From NCBI GenBank assembly GCA_038259225.1, contig JBBSPA010000009.1, forward strand, positions 51 to 64,050: a stretch of 64,000 nucleotides of DNA, read 5' to 3'. Positions within the stretch are counted from its first letter, which is position 1. Every line of letters begins with the position of its first letter. The stretch comes from Propionibacteriales bacterium (GTDB lineage Bacteria; Actinomycetota; Actinomycetes; Propionibacteriales; Nocardioidaceae). Below the pieces are notes generated by a model. The model saw only the letters and a list, made by a program, of their open reading frames with translations, was not told the DNA's origin and did not search any database. Below, in pieces: positions 48,590 to 56,951 of the stretch. Made by a program: the position numbers and the translations under genes.

Positions 48590-48645
48590 GCGGGGGGACG
48601 GGGGGGTGACGGCGGGGATGGAGGGGAGCGGGCGGTTGGGGGGGT
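48590..48645 (+). other. G-tract-rich segment with G-quadruplex potential
   Basis: The sequence GGGGGGACGGGGGGGTGACGGCGGGGATGGAGGGGAGCGGGCGGTTGGGGGGG has at least six runs of three or more G residues within about 55 nt of the + strand. It lies between the mocA stop and the moxR start. Confidence 0.5.
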
Positions 48646-48650
48646 CCGTG

Positions 48651-49262
48651 TCAGGGCAGTTGCTCAGGGGTGTCCACGTCCTCGCCCGAGCCGAGATCAC
48701 CGCACTCCACCAGATCGACGCGGTGCGACCGCAGGTAACCGCGCGCGCCTTCGTCTCCGTGCGCCTGCTCACGGACCGGTCCCCAGTGGTCGCGCCCGAT
48801 CAGCACCGGGTGACCGGGTCGGCCGGCGTACGCCGCTCGCGCCAACGCGGAGGAGGAACCACGCTCGACCAGTCGAGCTACCACGTCAGCCCCGACGCCC
48901 GGGGTGTCCACGAGCATCACCACGACCGCGTGGACCGACTCCGGCGTGATCGCCACGGCGTGCAGGCCGGCGCGCAGGGACGCCCCCATGCCCTCCGCCC
49001 AGCCGGCGGCCTCGACGATCACGCAGCAGTTCGGCACTTGTTGCCGCGCGGGCTCGATCGCCGCACCCAGCACGACGTACACCGACCGCACTCCACCGTC
49101 GAGCAAGGCCTGCGCTGACCGAGCAAGCCAGGTCTGCCCGTTGCGGTCACGGACCAGCGCCTTCGGTCGGCCGAAGCGCCTTCCCTCACCGGCAGCCAGC
49201 AAGATGCCCACGACCGAGTCCGTCGTCGTGGTGTGCCGGTCGTGGCCGGACGGCGTGCTCAT
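48651..49262 (-). CDS. mocA: MobA-like NTP transferase, probable molybdenum cofactor cytidylyltransferase (MocA)
   Basis: In-frame ATG at 49262 gives 203 aa. It contains ILLAAGEGRRFGRPKAL (the NTP_transf_3 glycine-rich loop) and MLVDTP. Its position next to an MCD-dependent enzyme cluster supports the call. Confidence 0.75.
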   Translation of the reverse strand: MSTPSGHDRHTTTTDSVVGILLAAGEGRRFGRPKALVRDRNGQTWLARSAQALLDGGVRSVYVVLGAAIEPARQQVPNCCVIVEAAGWAEGMGASLRAGLHAVAITPESVHAVVVMLVDTPGVGADVVARLVERGSSSALARAAYAGRPGHPVLIGRDHWGPVREQAHGDEGARGYLRSHRVDLVECGDLGSGEDVDTPEQLP

Positions 49263-49393
49263 GATTGCGCCTCCCGCGTCACTCGCGTCACCACCTCCAC
49301 GCACCACCTCAGCATCATCGCAAATCCGTCGCCAGGACCGCGAAGGTCGTACCGGGCGTGGCGAAAGGGGAGCCAGACTCTGGACGGCGACCC

Positions 49394-49423
49394 TTGACCG
49401 GCCCCGAACGACCGGTTTATGTT
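49394..49423 (+). promoter_or_regulatory. Candidate housekeeping-sigma promoter TTGACC-N18-TATGTT
   Basis: The -35 hexamer is TTGACC (49394-49399). The -10 hexamer is TATGTT (49418-49423), which fits the actinobacterial TANNNT pattern. It sits at the edge of the only clearly AT-rich patch of the window. Confidence 0.45.
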
Positions 49424-49429
49424 GCATGG

Positions 49430-49708
49430 AGATCTTCGTCATGCAAGATACGAAGAGTCTTTGTCCCTGCCGCGCACCCACAGGGAGGCTTGTCCTGCAC
49501 GTTGTCCCTCGCACCCAGGTCACTCGGAACGGCATGCCGTTGTCATCGCCGTCCGCGACCGCTCTCGATGCTCTCCAACGCCGGTCGCCACAGTGCTCGA
49601 CACAGCGGATCACTGCGGTGATGCCGGTCCTCTGACCACGCCTCACCCGATACGCGACAGGGGGCGGCCCCGCCGAGTCTCAATCCTCGGCGGGGCCGTT
49701 GTTTTCGT
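49430..49708 (+). ncRNA. Candidate ~280-nt non-coding transcript or cis-regulatory leader (unclassified)
   Basis: The unit is bounded by the candidate promoter and a strong intrinsic terminator. It contains no credible ORF and several hairpins. It ends 18 nt before the M20 deacylase ATG, which lacks a Shine-Dalgarno sequence. Confidence 0.4.
49665..49708 (+). terminator. Rho-independent terminator
   Basis: The stem is CGGCCCCGCCGAG, the loop is TCTCAATC, and the return strand is CTCGGCGGGGCCG, giving a perfect 13-bp GC-rich stem. TTGTTTTCGT follows on the + strand only. Confidence 0.8.
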
Positions 49709-49726
49709 ACCTGACATCCTCGAGCC

Positions 49727-50998
49727 ATGTCCACGCCCGTCGTACCCCACGCCGAACAGCAAGTCCTGGACCGGATCGACGCCGAGGAGATCGTCGAGAC
49801 GTTGCGGGACTTGGTTGGCATCGTGTCCGTGGACGGCTCACCGGGCGAGATCGAGATCCAGCACGCGTGCGCTGACCGGCTCCATGAGCTGGACATGGCG
49901 GTCGATGCCTGGGACATCGACGTGGCGGGCATGGAGGCCGATCCCGACTTCCCGGGGATGGAGGTCGAGCGCGACGGTGCGGTCGGGTGTGTCGGCGTTC
50001 TGGGACCGCGGGACCAGACCCCCGCCCTGGCGCTGTACGGACACACCGATGTCGTCCCGCCCGGTGACCTGGACGCATGGCCGGGACGAGACCCGTTCAC
50101 CTTGCGCGTGGAGGACGGGCTGGCCTGGGGTCGGGGCGCGTGTGACATGAAGGGCGGTATCGCGGCGATCCTGGGTGCAACCGCCGCCGTACGCCGCGCG
50201 GGTGTGGACTTGTCGAGACCGCTCGCCATCCACCTCGTCGCGGCGGAGGAGGACGGCGGACTCGGCGCCTTCGCCACGCTGCGCCGCGGTCACACCGCCG
50301 AGGCCTGCGTCAGCGCCGAGCCGACCGGCACCGACCTGATCCCCGCCAATGCAGGATCGCTGACGTTCCGGTTGATCGTGCCGGGACTCGCCACCCACGG
50401 GTCGACCCGCTCCCGCGGCGCGAGCGCAGTCGAGGCTTTCGAGCACGTGCATAGCGCGCTGCGTGACCTCGAGCGTGAGCGCAACGCCGCCTCGGCGCCG
50501 CTGTTCGACCACCTCGACCTCCCGTGGCCGCTCTCGGTCGGCAAGGTCTGGGCCGGTGAGTGGGCCAGTACGGTGCCGGACCGACTGGTGGCCGAAGGGC
50601 GTTACGGCGTACGGATCGACGAGACGGTCACGGCAGCGATGGACGCGTTCGAACGAGCCGTCGACACAGCCTGCGCCGCCCACCCGTGGCTACGTGACCA
50701 CCCGGTCGAGGTGACGTGGCCGGGCGGTCGTTTCGCTCCCGGCCGGTTGCCTGACGGGCATGACCTCCTGGAGCAGGTCGGCCAGTGCGTGGCCGAGGTC
50801 ACCGGTCGGCGGCCGGCCACGCTGGGAGGACCGTACGGATCGGACCTGCGGCACTACGCGGGCGCCGGCATCGCCACCCTGCAGTACGGGCCGGGTGACG
50901 TCCGCTACGCCCATGCCAGCGACGAACACGTCCGTGTGGACGAGCTGGTCGCCAGCGCCCAGGTCTATGCGCTGCTGATCCTGCGCCGCTGCACCTGA
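49727..50998 (+). CDS. M20-family ArgE/DapE-type deacylase/peptidase
   Basis: The 423-aa ORF contains LYGHTDVVPPGD, WGRGACDMKGG and AAEEDGG, which are M20 metal-ligand contexts. No Shine-Dalgarno sequence precedes the ATG. Confidence 0.85.
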   Translation: MSTPVVPHAEQQVLDRIDAEEIVETLRDLVGIVSVDGSPGEIEIQHACADRLHELDMAVDAWDIDVAGMEADPDFPGMEVERDGAVGCVGVLGPRDQTPALALYGHTDVVPPGDLDAWPGRDPFTLRVEDGLAWGRGACDMKGGIAAILGATAAVRRAGVDLSRPLAIHLVAAEEDGGLGAFATLRRGHTAEACVSAEPTGTDLIPANAGSLTFRLIVPGLATHGSTRSRGASAVEAFEHVHSALRDLERERNAASAPLFDHLDLPWPLSVGKVWAGEWASTVPDRLVAEGRYGVRIDETVTAAMDAFERAVDTACAAHPWLRDHPVEVTWPGGRFAPGRLPDGHDLLEQVGQCVAEVTGRRPATLGGPYGSDLRHYAGAGIATLQYGPGDVRYAHASDEHVRVDELVASAQVYALLILRRCT

Positions 50999-51061
50999 CT
51001 TGTCAGACGCCGTGGTCGCGCTAGCCACCACAGCGGCTGACAACTCGGGAGGACGAGGCGG

Positions 51062-53020
51062 TCAGTGTCGCGGCGTGACCACCTCGGCGTCCCCACCACC
51101 GCGCCGGGTCGGCTCCACGGCAGCGATCAACCGCCCGCCCGGTCGGACCTCGATCGCGGCGACTGCTCCAATCTCGGCACGCGACGTGCCCGGATCGCCG
51201 GGCGGGACGAACGTGTGCCCGTACGTCGCCAGCTCGTCCCCGTAGCGATGGATGAACGACTGCTCGGCCACCACGTCCGGGGTGTTGCGCTGAGACGCGC
51301 GAGGCGCGCGGATCGCCTGTGGCAGGGTCATGCCGAAGTCGATCCGGTTCAGCAGGACCTGTGCGACGGTGGTGATGATCGTCGAACCGCCCGGCGATCC
51401 GAGCACGTAACGCAGCTGGCCGTGCTCCAGCACGATCGTCGGTGACATCGACGAGCGCGGCCGCTTGCCCGGCTGGATCCGGTTCGGGTCACTTTCGTCG
51501 TAGACGGCCGAGAAGTCGGTGAGCTCGTTGTTGAGCAGGAATCCGCGATGCGGGACCACGATGCCCGAGCCGCCGGTCTGCTCGATCGTCAGTGTGTAGG
51601 AAACGGCGTTGCCCATCCGGTCCACGACCGACAGGTGCGTGGTCGAGAGGCCTTCGGTGTCGGGCGCCTGCAAGCCCGTCGGCGTACGTCCACAACCAGG
51701 CGCCCCGTGCAGCGCACCAGGGGCGACCGGCTTGGTCGCCGCCGTGCGTGGGTCGATCGTGCAGGCACGGGTGTTGGCGAAGGACTGCGACGTGAGTCGA
51801 CGGGTCGGGACGTCGACGTAGGCCGGGTCACCGATGTACTTTCCACGGTCCGCGAAGGCGCGCGCTGTCGACTCCAGGTAGAGGTGCAGGCCGCGCACGA
51901 GGTGGGCCGGGTTGAGGCGGAAGTCGTCGAGGATGTTGAGCGACTCCCCTACCGTGATGCCGCCCGACGACGAGGGAGCCATCCCGTACACGTCGAGCGC
52001 GCGGTACCTCACGTGCGTGGGCCGCCGGACGATCACGTCGTACGCCGCCAGGTCCCGCCGCGTCATCGACCCGGGCGGAATCGGCAGGTCGGTGTTCGGC
52101 CGTGCCGGCGGGTGTTGCACCGCACGGGCGATCTCCCCGGCGATCACGCCACGGTAGAAGGGGGCTACCCCGCGATGGCGGATCAGCCGGTAGGTGTCGG
52201 CCAGGTCGCGATTGCGCTGGATGCTGCCGACGGGACGCGGCACTCCACCGGGCAGGTAGAGCCGCGTCGTGGCCGGAAACGCCTGGAATCGCTCGGCGTT
52301 CTCAGTGGTCTGAAGGTTGAACGTACGGTCCACCCGGAAGCCTCGTCGGGCCAGCCTCTCCGCAGGCCCGAGGGCAGACCTCAGCGAGTCGTGACCCCAG
52401 CGGCGCAACGCGACGTCCCAGGTGGCCAGCGTCCCGGGTACACCGACCGAGACCCCACTCGTCACCAGGTCGGGGAAGAACGGGTAGGGCTGACCGGTGT
52501 CGGGGTCGATGAAGGCATCACGCTCGATGCCCGCCGGAGCCGTCTCTCGACCGTCGAGCGTGGACACCCGACCGGTGCGTGCGTCGTAGTAGACGAAGTA
52601 GCCGCCTCCGCCGATGCCGGCGCTGTACGGCTCGGTCACGCCAAGGGCGGCTGCCGTCGCGACGGCCGCGTCCGCGGCGCTGCCTCCGGACTTGAGCACG
52701 CGCAGGCCGATCCGGCTGGCCCTCGGGTCAACCGAGGACACCGCCCCCCCGGTGCCTCGGGCGACCGCCTGGCGGCCCCGATAGCGGGACGGGTCTGCTC
52801 GAGAGGCGCCGGCGGCGACGCGGGTTGGTGTGCTGGCGCCGGACGAGGGATGCGCGGTGCCTGCCGCGGCGTACCCGGCAGGCCCGGGGGCGGCGATCGC
52901 CGCCGGGCCGAGCGCCAGGGACGGAAGCGTCGCTGCCAGCGCGGCGGACAGGCCGACGGCGCACGCGCGGCGGCTCCGGCCCGGGTTGGTGCGGACGGGG
53001 TAGGACGTCGGGTGCGACAT
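51062..53020 (-). CDS. ggt: Gamma-glutamyltransferase
   Basis: The 652-aa ORF has a signal peptide and GGSAADAAVATAAALGVTEPYSAGIGGGGY. The autoprocessing Thr context is LSTTHLSVVD, and GSPGGSTIIT is also present. Confidence 0.9.
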   Translation of the reverse strand: MSHPTSYPVRTNPGRSRRACAVGLSAALAATLPSLALGPAAIAAPGPAGYAAAGTAHPSSGASTPTRVAAGASRADPSRYRGRQAVARGTGGAVSSVDPRASRIGLRVLKSGGSAADAAVATAAALGVTEPYSAGIGGGGYFVYYDARTGRVSTLDGRETAPAGIERDAFIDPDTGQPYPFFPDLVTSGVSVGVPGTLATWDVALRRWGHDSLRSALGPAERLARRGFRVDRTFNLQTTENAERFQAFPATTRLYLPGGVPRPVGSIQRNRDLADTYRLIRHRGVAPFYRGVIAGEIARAVQHPPARPNTDLPIPPGSMTRRDLAAYDVIVRRPTHVRYRALDVYGMAPSSSGGITVGESLNILDDFRLNPAHLVRGLHLYLESTARAFADRGKYIGDPAYVDVPTRRLTSQSFANTRACTIDPRTAATKPVAPGALHGAPGCGRTPTGLQAPDTEGLSTTHLSVVDRMGNAVSYTLTIEQTGGSGIVVPHRGFLLNNELTDFSAVYDESDPNRIQPGKRPRSSMSPTIVLEHGQLRYVLGSPGGSTIITTVAQVLLNRIDFGMTLPQAIRAPRASQRNTPDVVAEQSFIHRYGDELATYGHTFVPPGDPGTSRAEIGAVAAIEVRPGGRLIAAVEPTRRGGGDAEVVTPRH

Positions 53021-53156
53021 GAGATCTCCCAGCGTGGTGGGTGCGGACGAGCCCGGACACGGCGATGGACGCGTACCCGGACTGTTTCGACTTAACCACG
53101 CCCTGCCTGCGTTTGCACAGATCTCCCCGCCGGCTCGGTCGCCGTACGATCAGGCG

Positions 53157-53822
53157 ATGCGACATCCCCTCTGGCCGCTGTTCGACCTGCGCCTCACGAC
53201 CCGCGACCTCGAGCTCCAACACCTGACCGAGGGGGACCTTCCGGCCGTTGCACAGGCGCTCTCGGGTGACGTCGAGCTCAACCCGCTCGCGACGCGGTAC
53301 GACGGGCTCGAGCCGGTGCAGCAGCGTGGCGTCATCGTTGCTCAGCAGTACTGGAGGTCGCTCGGGACCTGGGCGCCGGAGTCCTGGGCTCTACAGTTCG
53401 CGGTGCGCCATCGCGGTGAGCTGGTCGGGACCCAAGGGCTCGAGGGCGACGACTTCCCGACGCTGCGCACGGTGGACTCGTCGTCATGGCTGATGGCGTC
53501 GTCTCGCGGCCGCGGCTGGGGCAAGCAGATGCGGGCCGCGGTGCTCACGCTGGCGTTCGATCACCTGCACGCGCAGTACGCGATCACCTCGGCCTGGCAC
53601 GACAACGACGGTTCGCTGGGGGTGTCGCGGTCACTGGGGTACGTCCCCAACGGGACGACCCGGATGCGTCGCGAGGGTAGGACTGAACCCGCCGAACTCG
53701 TCGATGACCTGGTCCACCTGCGGCTGAGCCGGGATGCCTGGCAGTCGGCGGCGGCTCGCAGTGGACTCGGCCCGGTGCGGGTCGAGGGCTTCGACGCCTG
53801 CCGCCCGTTCTTCGCCCTCTGA
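53157..53822 (+). CDS. GNAT-family N-acetyltransferase
   Basis: In-frame ATG at 53157 gives 221 aa. The acetyl-CoA loop is RGRGWGKQMRAAVLTLAF. Confidence 0.75.
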   Translation: MRHPLWPLFDLRLTTRDLELQHLTEGDLPAVAQALSGDVELNPLATRYDGLEPVQQRGVIVAQQYWRSLGTWAPESWALQFAVRHRGELVGTQGLEGDDFPTLRTVDSSSWLMASSRGRGWGKQMRAAVLTLAFDHLHAQYAITSAWHDNDGSLGVSRSLGYVPNGTTRMRREGRTEPAELVDDLVHLRLSRDAWQSAAARSGLGPVRVEGFDACRPFFAL

Positions 53823-53830
53823 CCCTTGGT

Positions 53831-53954
53831 GGTTTGCCTAGTTAACTCTTCGGAAGGCTTGTCAACTAGGCAAACCTGGCTTGCACAGAGGCGGTTTGCC
53901 TTGCTGACATCGCCTTTCGGGCCAGACACCCCCGACTTGTCAACGAGGCAGACC
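53831..53954. repeat. Family B repeat, copy 4 (hairpin + tail that forms a second, diverged hairpin)
   Basis: The first hairpin is GGTTTGCCTAGTTAAC..GCTTGTCAACTAGGCAAACC. It is followed by CGGTTTGCCTTGCTGACAT...TTGTCAACGAGGCAGACC. It lies in the convergent GNAT/alaX intergenic region. Confidence 0.85.
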
Positions 53955-53965
53955 CCAACGCGGCG

Positions 53966-54745
53966 TCAGGAGCTGCGGTCGAGAAGCTCGATCCGGATCC
54001 GCTTGTTGCCCTTGCCTTTCGACTCGGTACCGGTAACGACCACCCGACCCACCTCGGCGGTCGACAGCACGTGAGTTCCGCCGTCGGCCTGCTTGTCCAA
54101 CCCGACGATGTCGATCACACGCAGCGGGTCGATCTCGGGCGGGATCAGGTTCGCCGACGTCCGGATCAAGGCGGGGTCCTCGTCGGCGACCTCTCGGCCC
54201 ACGAAGTCGACCAGGATCTGGCGCGCCGCGTCGACCTCCTCGTTGATCCGGCGCTCGACCTGCCGGCCCAGCTCCACCGACATCGCATCGAACGGGAAGT
54301 CCAGCCGGCCCTTGCCCGGCTCCATGTTGCCGCCGGTCACCGCCAGCCCGAACTCCGACCAGATCACGCCGCAGAGGATGTGCAACGCGGTGTGCGTCCG
54401 CATGGTCAGGTGGCGGCGTTCCCAGTCGAGGACGCCGGCGAGCTCCACGCCCGGACGTGGCAGCGCCTCGCCGCCGAGCCAGTGCCAGATCACCCCGGTC
54501 TCGCGATCGCGCCCGACCTTGGTCACCGGGGCGGTGATCTCCGCGGACCCCTCGGCCCACTCCACCGTGCCGAGATCGAAGGGCTGCCCTCCACCACCGG
54601 GGAAGAACGCCGTACGCCGCAGCGCGACCCGGCCCTGCTCAGCGTCCACGTTCGCAACCGCCGACTCGAAGTTGCGCAGGTAGGCGTCGACCGCGAACAG
54701 CTCGGTCTCGGCCAGCCCGGCCGGTGCGTTGCCAGGGTGGCTCAC
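53966..54745 (-). CDS. AlaX-type alanyl-tRNA editing domain protein
   Basis: The 259-aa ORF contains HTALHIL (HxxxH) and a second motif that reads DGGTHV where CGGTHV is usual. Confidence 0.8.
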   Translation of the reverse strand: MSHPGNAPAGLAETELFAVDAYLRNFESAVANVDAEQGRVALRRTAFFPGGGGQPFDLGTVEWAEGSAEITAPVTKVGRDRETGVIWHWLGGEALPRPGVELAGVLDWERRHLTMRTHTALHILCGVIWSEFGLAVTGGNMEPGKGRLDFPFDAMSVELGRQVERRINEEVDAARQILVDFVGREVADEDPALIRTSANLIPPEIDPLRVIDIVGLDKQADGGTHVLSTAEVGRVVVTGTESKGKGNKRIRIELLDRSS

Positions 54746-56898
54746 GTCTGCGACCCGTCACTGGACCCTGACAGGTCGGTCCGGGAGAGCACCCAGGCAT
54801 AGATCTCCGCCTCGTAGCGCAAGTGCGCATAGCGTCCGGAAGGACCCGCGTGCGCTCCTTCCCCGAGCTCGACGCGGTACAGACAGCGCGGCGACCACTC
54901 CGGATCGCTGTGTCGCAAGGCCGCCACCCACTTCGTCGGCTCCCACACCATCACCCGGGGGTCGTGCAGCGCTCCCGTCACGAGCAGGTCCGGCCGGCCG
55001 CCCGCCGCTGGGATGTTGTCGTACGGCGAGTAGGCCAGCAACCACTGGTACTCCTCGGGCTTGCGCGGATCACCCCACTCATCCCACTCGTTGATCGTCA
55101 GCGGGATCGACGGGTCCAGCATCGTCGTCAAGATGTCGACAGCCGGCACCTCGGCGATCACCCCTGCCCAACGCGTCGGCGCCTGGGAGAACACCACGCC
55201 CTGCAACAATCCACCCGCCGACAGCCCGCGCGTCACGATCCTGGTCCCGTCGACGAGCCCCTCGTCGGCCAAGAAGTCAGCAGCCGCGACCTGGTCGGAG
55301 AACGTGTTCTGCTTGTGCCCGAGACGACCCTCCAGCCACCAGCGTCGACCACCCTCCCCGCCGCCACGGATCCCCGCGTGCGCCCACACCACGCCACGGT
55401 CGAGCAGCGCCGTCAACGCGGCGTCGAACTCCGGCTCGAAGCATGCCTCGTAGGCCCCGTAGCCGTAGAGCAGGCACGGCGCCGAACCGTCCAAAGGCGT
55501 GTCGACATGGCGCACCACCGTGATCGGCACCTGCACGTCTCCGACCGGTGCATGGACCCGCTCCTCGACATAGCGGTCCGCGTCGTACGCCGGAACGTCC
55601 TGTGAAAGCAGCAGCCGCCGCGCCCCGGTCGAGAGGCCGACGGCGTACCACGCCTTCGGGTGGACCCAGGACTCCTCGACCACCTGAATCTCGCCGGCGT
55701 CGAAGACCTCGTTGTGAGCAGGCAACAGCGTCCCCACCGGCCACGACGGCGCCAAGTCGACCGGATCGGCCAGACCACCGTCGCTCGTGATCGCGTAGCC
55801 GCGAGCCATCAGGGTTGCGTCGCGACGCAAGGTCGTGACGACGTGCCCGGCGAACGCGGTCACGTCGTACAGCCGCTCGGTCGGGTCCTCCGGAAGGACC
55901 TCGACCCAGCGGTCCCGGCCCGGTGAGTCGAGGGGCGCGCTCATCAAGCGGTACTCCGGCGCGTCCTCGTTGGTGACGATGAACAGTCGGTCGCCGACCT
56001 GGGTGCGGACGTGCTCGCACCGGTACTCGATTCCACGTCGTCGCGGCTCGAGCCGGCGCGCCGGCTCGTCCGGTCGGTGCGCGTCGATCAGCCACACCTC
56101 CGTGGTGTCGCGGTTGGCGGTGTGGATCAGGATCAGGTCCTCGGACCGGGTCAACCGCACGTCGAGGTCGTACTGCTCATCGTCCTCGGCCAGCACGAGC
56201 ACGTCGTCAGAGACCGCAGTCCCGATCCGGTGCCGCCACACCTGGTAGGGCCGGTACGCCTGGTCGTGCACGGTGTAGAAGAAGGTCTGGGAGTCGGCAC
56301 TCCACGCGCCTCCGTAGTAGGAACGCGGTACTTCGTCCACGAGGTCCACGGGATCCTCAGGCCCGCTCGCGGCCTCGGAATCGAGGGAACGGAAGCGCAG
56401 CGTGTACACCTCGTCACCGGTCGTGTCGACGGAGTACGCCAGCAGCCTCTCGTCCGGGCTCACCAGGCTGAGTCCGATCTCGACGTACGCCGAATCGCCC
56501 TTCAGCGTCGCCGGGTCGAGCAGCACCTGGTCGCCCGACCCGGGACCGCCCTCGCCCGGCCCTCGAAGGTCAAGTCCGCGCCACAATTGTTCGTACTCAC
56601 TACCTCTTGGCGTCCGGGTGTAGTAAGAAAACCTTGTACGCCGGAAACTGACCGACGAGTCAGTTTCTGGGACACGTGCCGCCATGTCGCTCGCGAGAGC
56701 GTCGACCAAGGGAAGCAGATGGGCTGTCGAGGAGTCGTAGAACGAGCGCTCGGCTGCGAGGTGCGTCAGCACCTCCGGCTCCGCCACGTCACGAAGCCAG
56801 GCATAGCCGTCAACCCTGGTGTGGCCATGCATCTCGCGGGCCTTTTCAATTCGGCGGACCTTCGGGATACTGACTCGTGAGTCAGGAAACTCGTTCAC
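54742..56898 (-). CDS. ptrB: S9A oligopeptidase B / prolyl oligopeptidase-family serine peptidase
   Basis: The N-terminus (IPKVRRIEKAREMHGHTRVDGYAWLRD) aligns with the PtrB start. The catalytic Ser context is GLSAGGLL. The start is GTG 56898 or TTG 56907. Confidence 0.85.
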   Translation of the reverse strand: MNEFPDSRVSIPKVRRIEKAREMHGHTRVDGYAWLRDVAEPEVLTHLAAERSFYDSSTAHLLPLVDALASDMAARVPETDSSVSFRRTRFSYYTRTPRGSEYEQLWRGLDLRGPGEGGPGSGDQVLLDPATLKGDSAYVEIGLSLVSPDERLLAYSVDTTGDEVYTLRFRSLDSEAASGPEDPVDLVDEVPRSYYGGAWSADSQTFFYTVHDQAYRPYQVWRHRIGTAVSDDVLVLAEDDEQYDLDVRLTRSEDLILIHTANRDTTEVWLIDAHRPDEPARRLEPRRRGIEYRCEHVRTQVGDRLFIVTNEDAPEYRLMSAPLDSPGRDRWVEVLPEDPTERLYDVTAFAGHVVTTLRRDATLMARGYAITSDGGLADPVDLAPSWPVGTLLPAHNEVFDAGEIQVVEESWVHPKAWYAVGLSTGARRLLLSQDVPAYDADRYVEERVHAPVGDVQVPITVVRHVDTPLDGSAPCLLYGYGAYEACFEPEFDAALTALLDRGVVWAHAGIRGGGEGGRRWWLEGRLGHKQNTFSDQVAAADFLADEGLVDGTRIVTRGLSAGGLLQGVVFSQAPTRWAGVIAEVPAVDILTTMLDPSIPLTINEWDEWGDPRKPEEYQWLLAYSPYDNIPAAGGRPDLLVTGALHDPRVMVWEPTKWVAALRHSDPEWSPRCLYRVELGEGAHAGPSGRYAHLRYEAEIYAWVLSRTDLSGSSDGSQT
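56870..56885. promoter_or_regulatory. Palindromic operator candidate CTGACTCGTGAGTCAG (site 1)
   Basis: It has 7-bp perfect arms and lies 67-82 nt upstream of the ABC substrate-binding-protein ATG, overlapping the first codons of divergent ptrB. The 22-nt context ACTGACTCGYGAGTCAGGAWAA is shared with site 2. Confidence 0.6.
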
Positions 56899-56951
56899 GA
56901 GCGGCAACTTACTCCGTCCAGAGGGCTACGCGCCCGACAAGGGAGACGTCG

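Noticed and set aside
49419-50150. 243-aa plus-strand ORF starting in the AT-rich patch and running into the M20 gene
   Set aside because: It is out of frame with the well-supported M20 deacylase and passes through a strong intrinsic terminator. It has no protein-like composition. The region is better explained as non-coding RNA or a leader.
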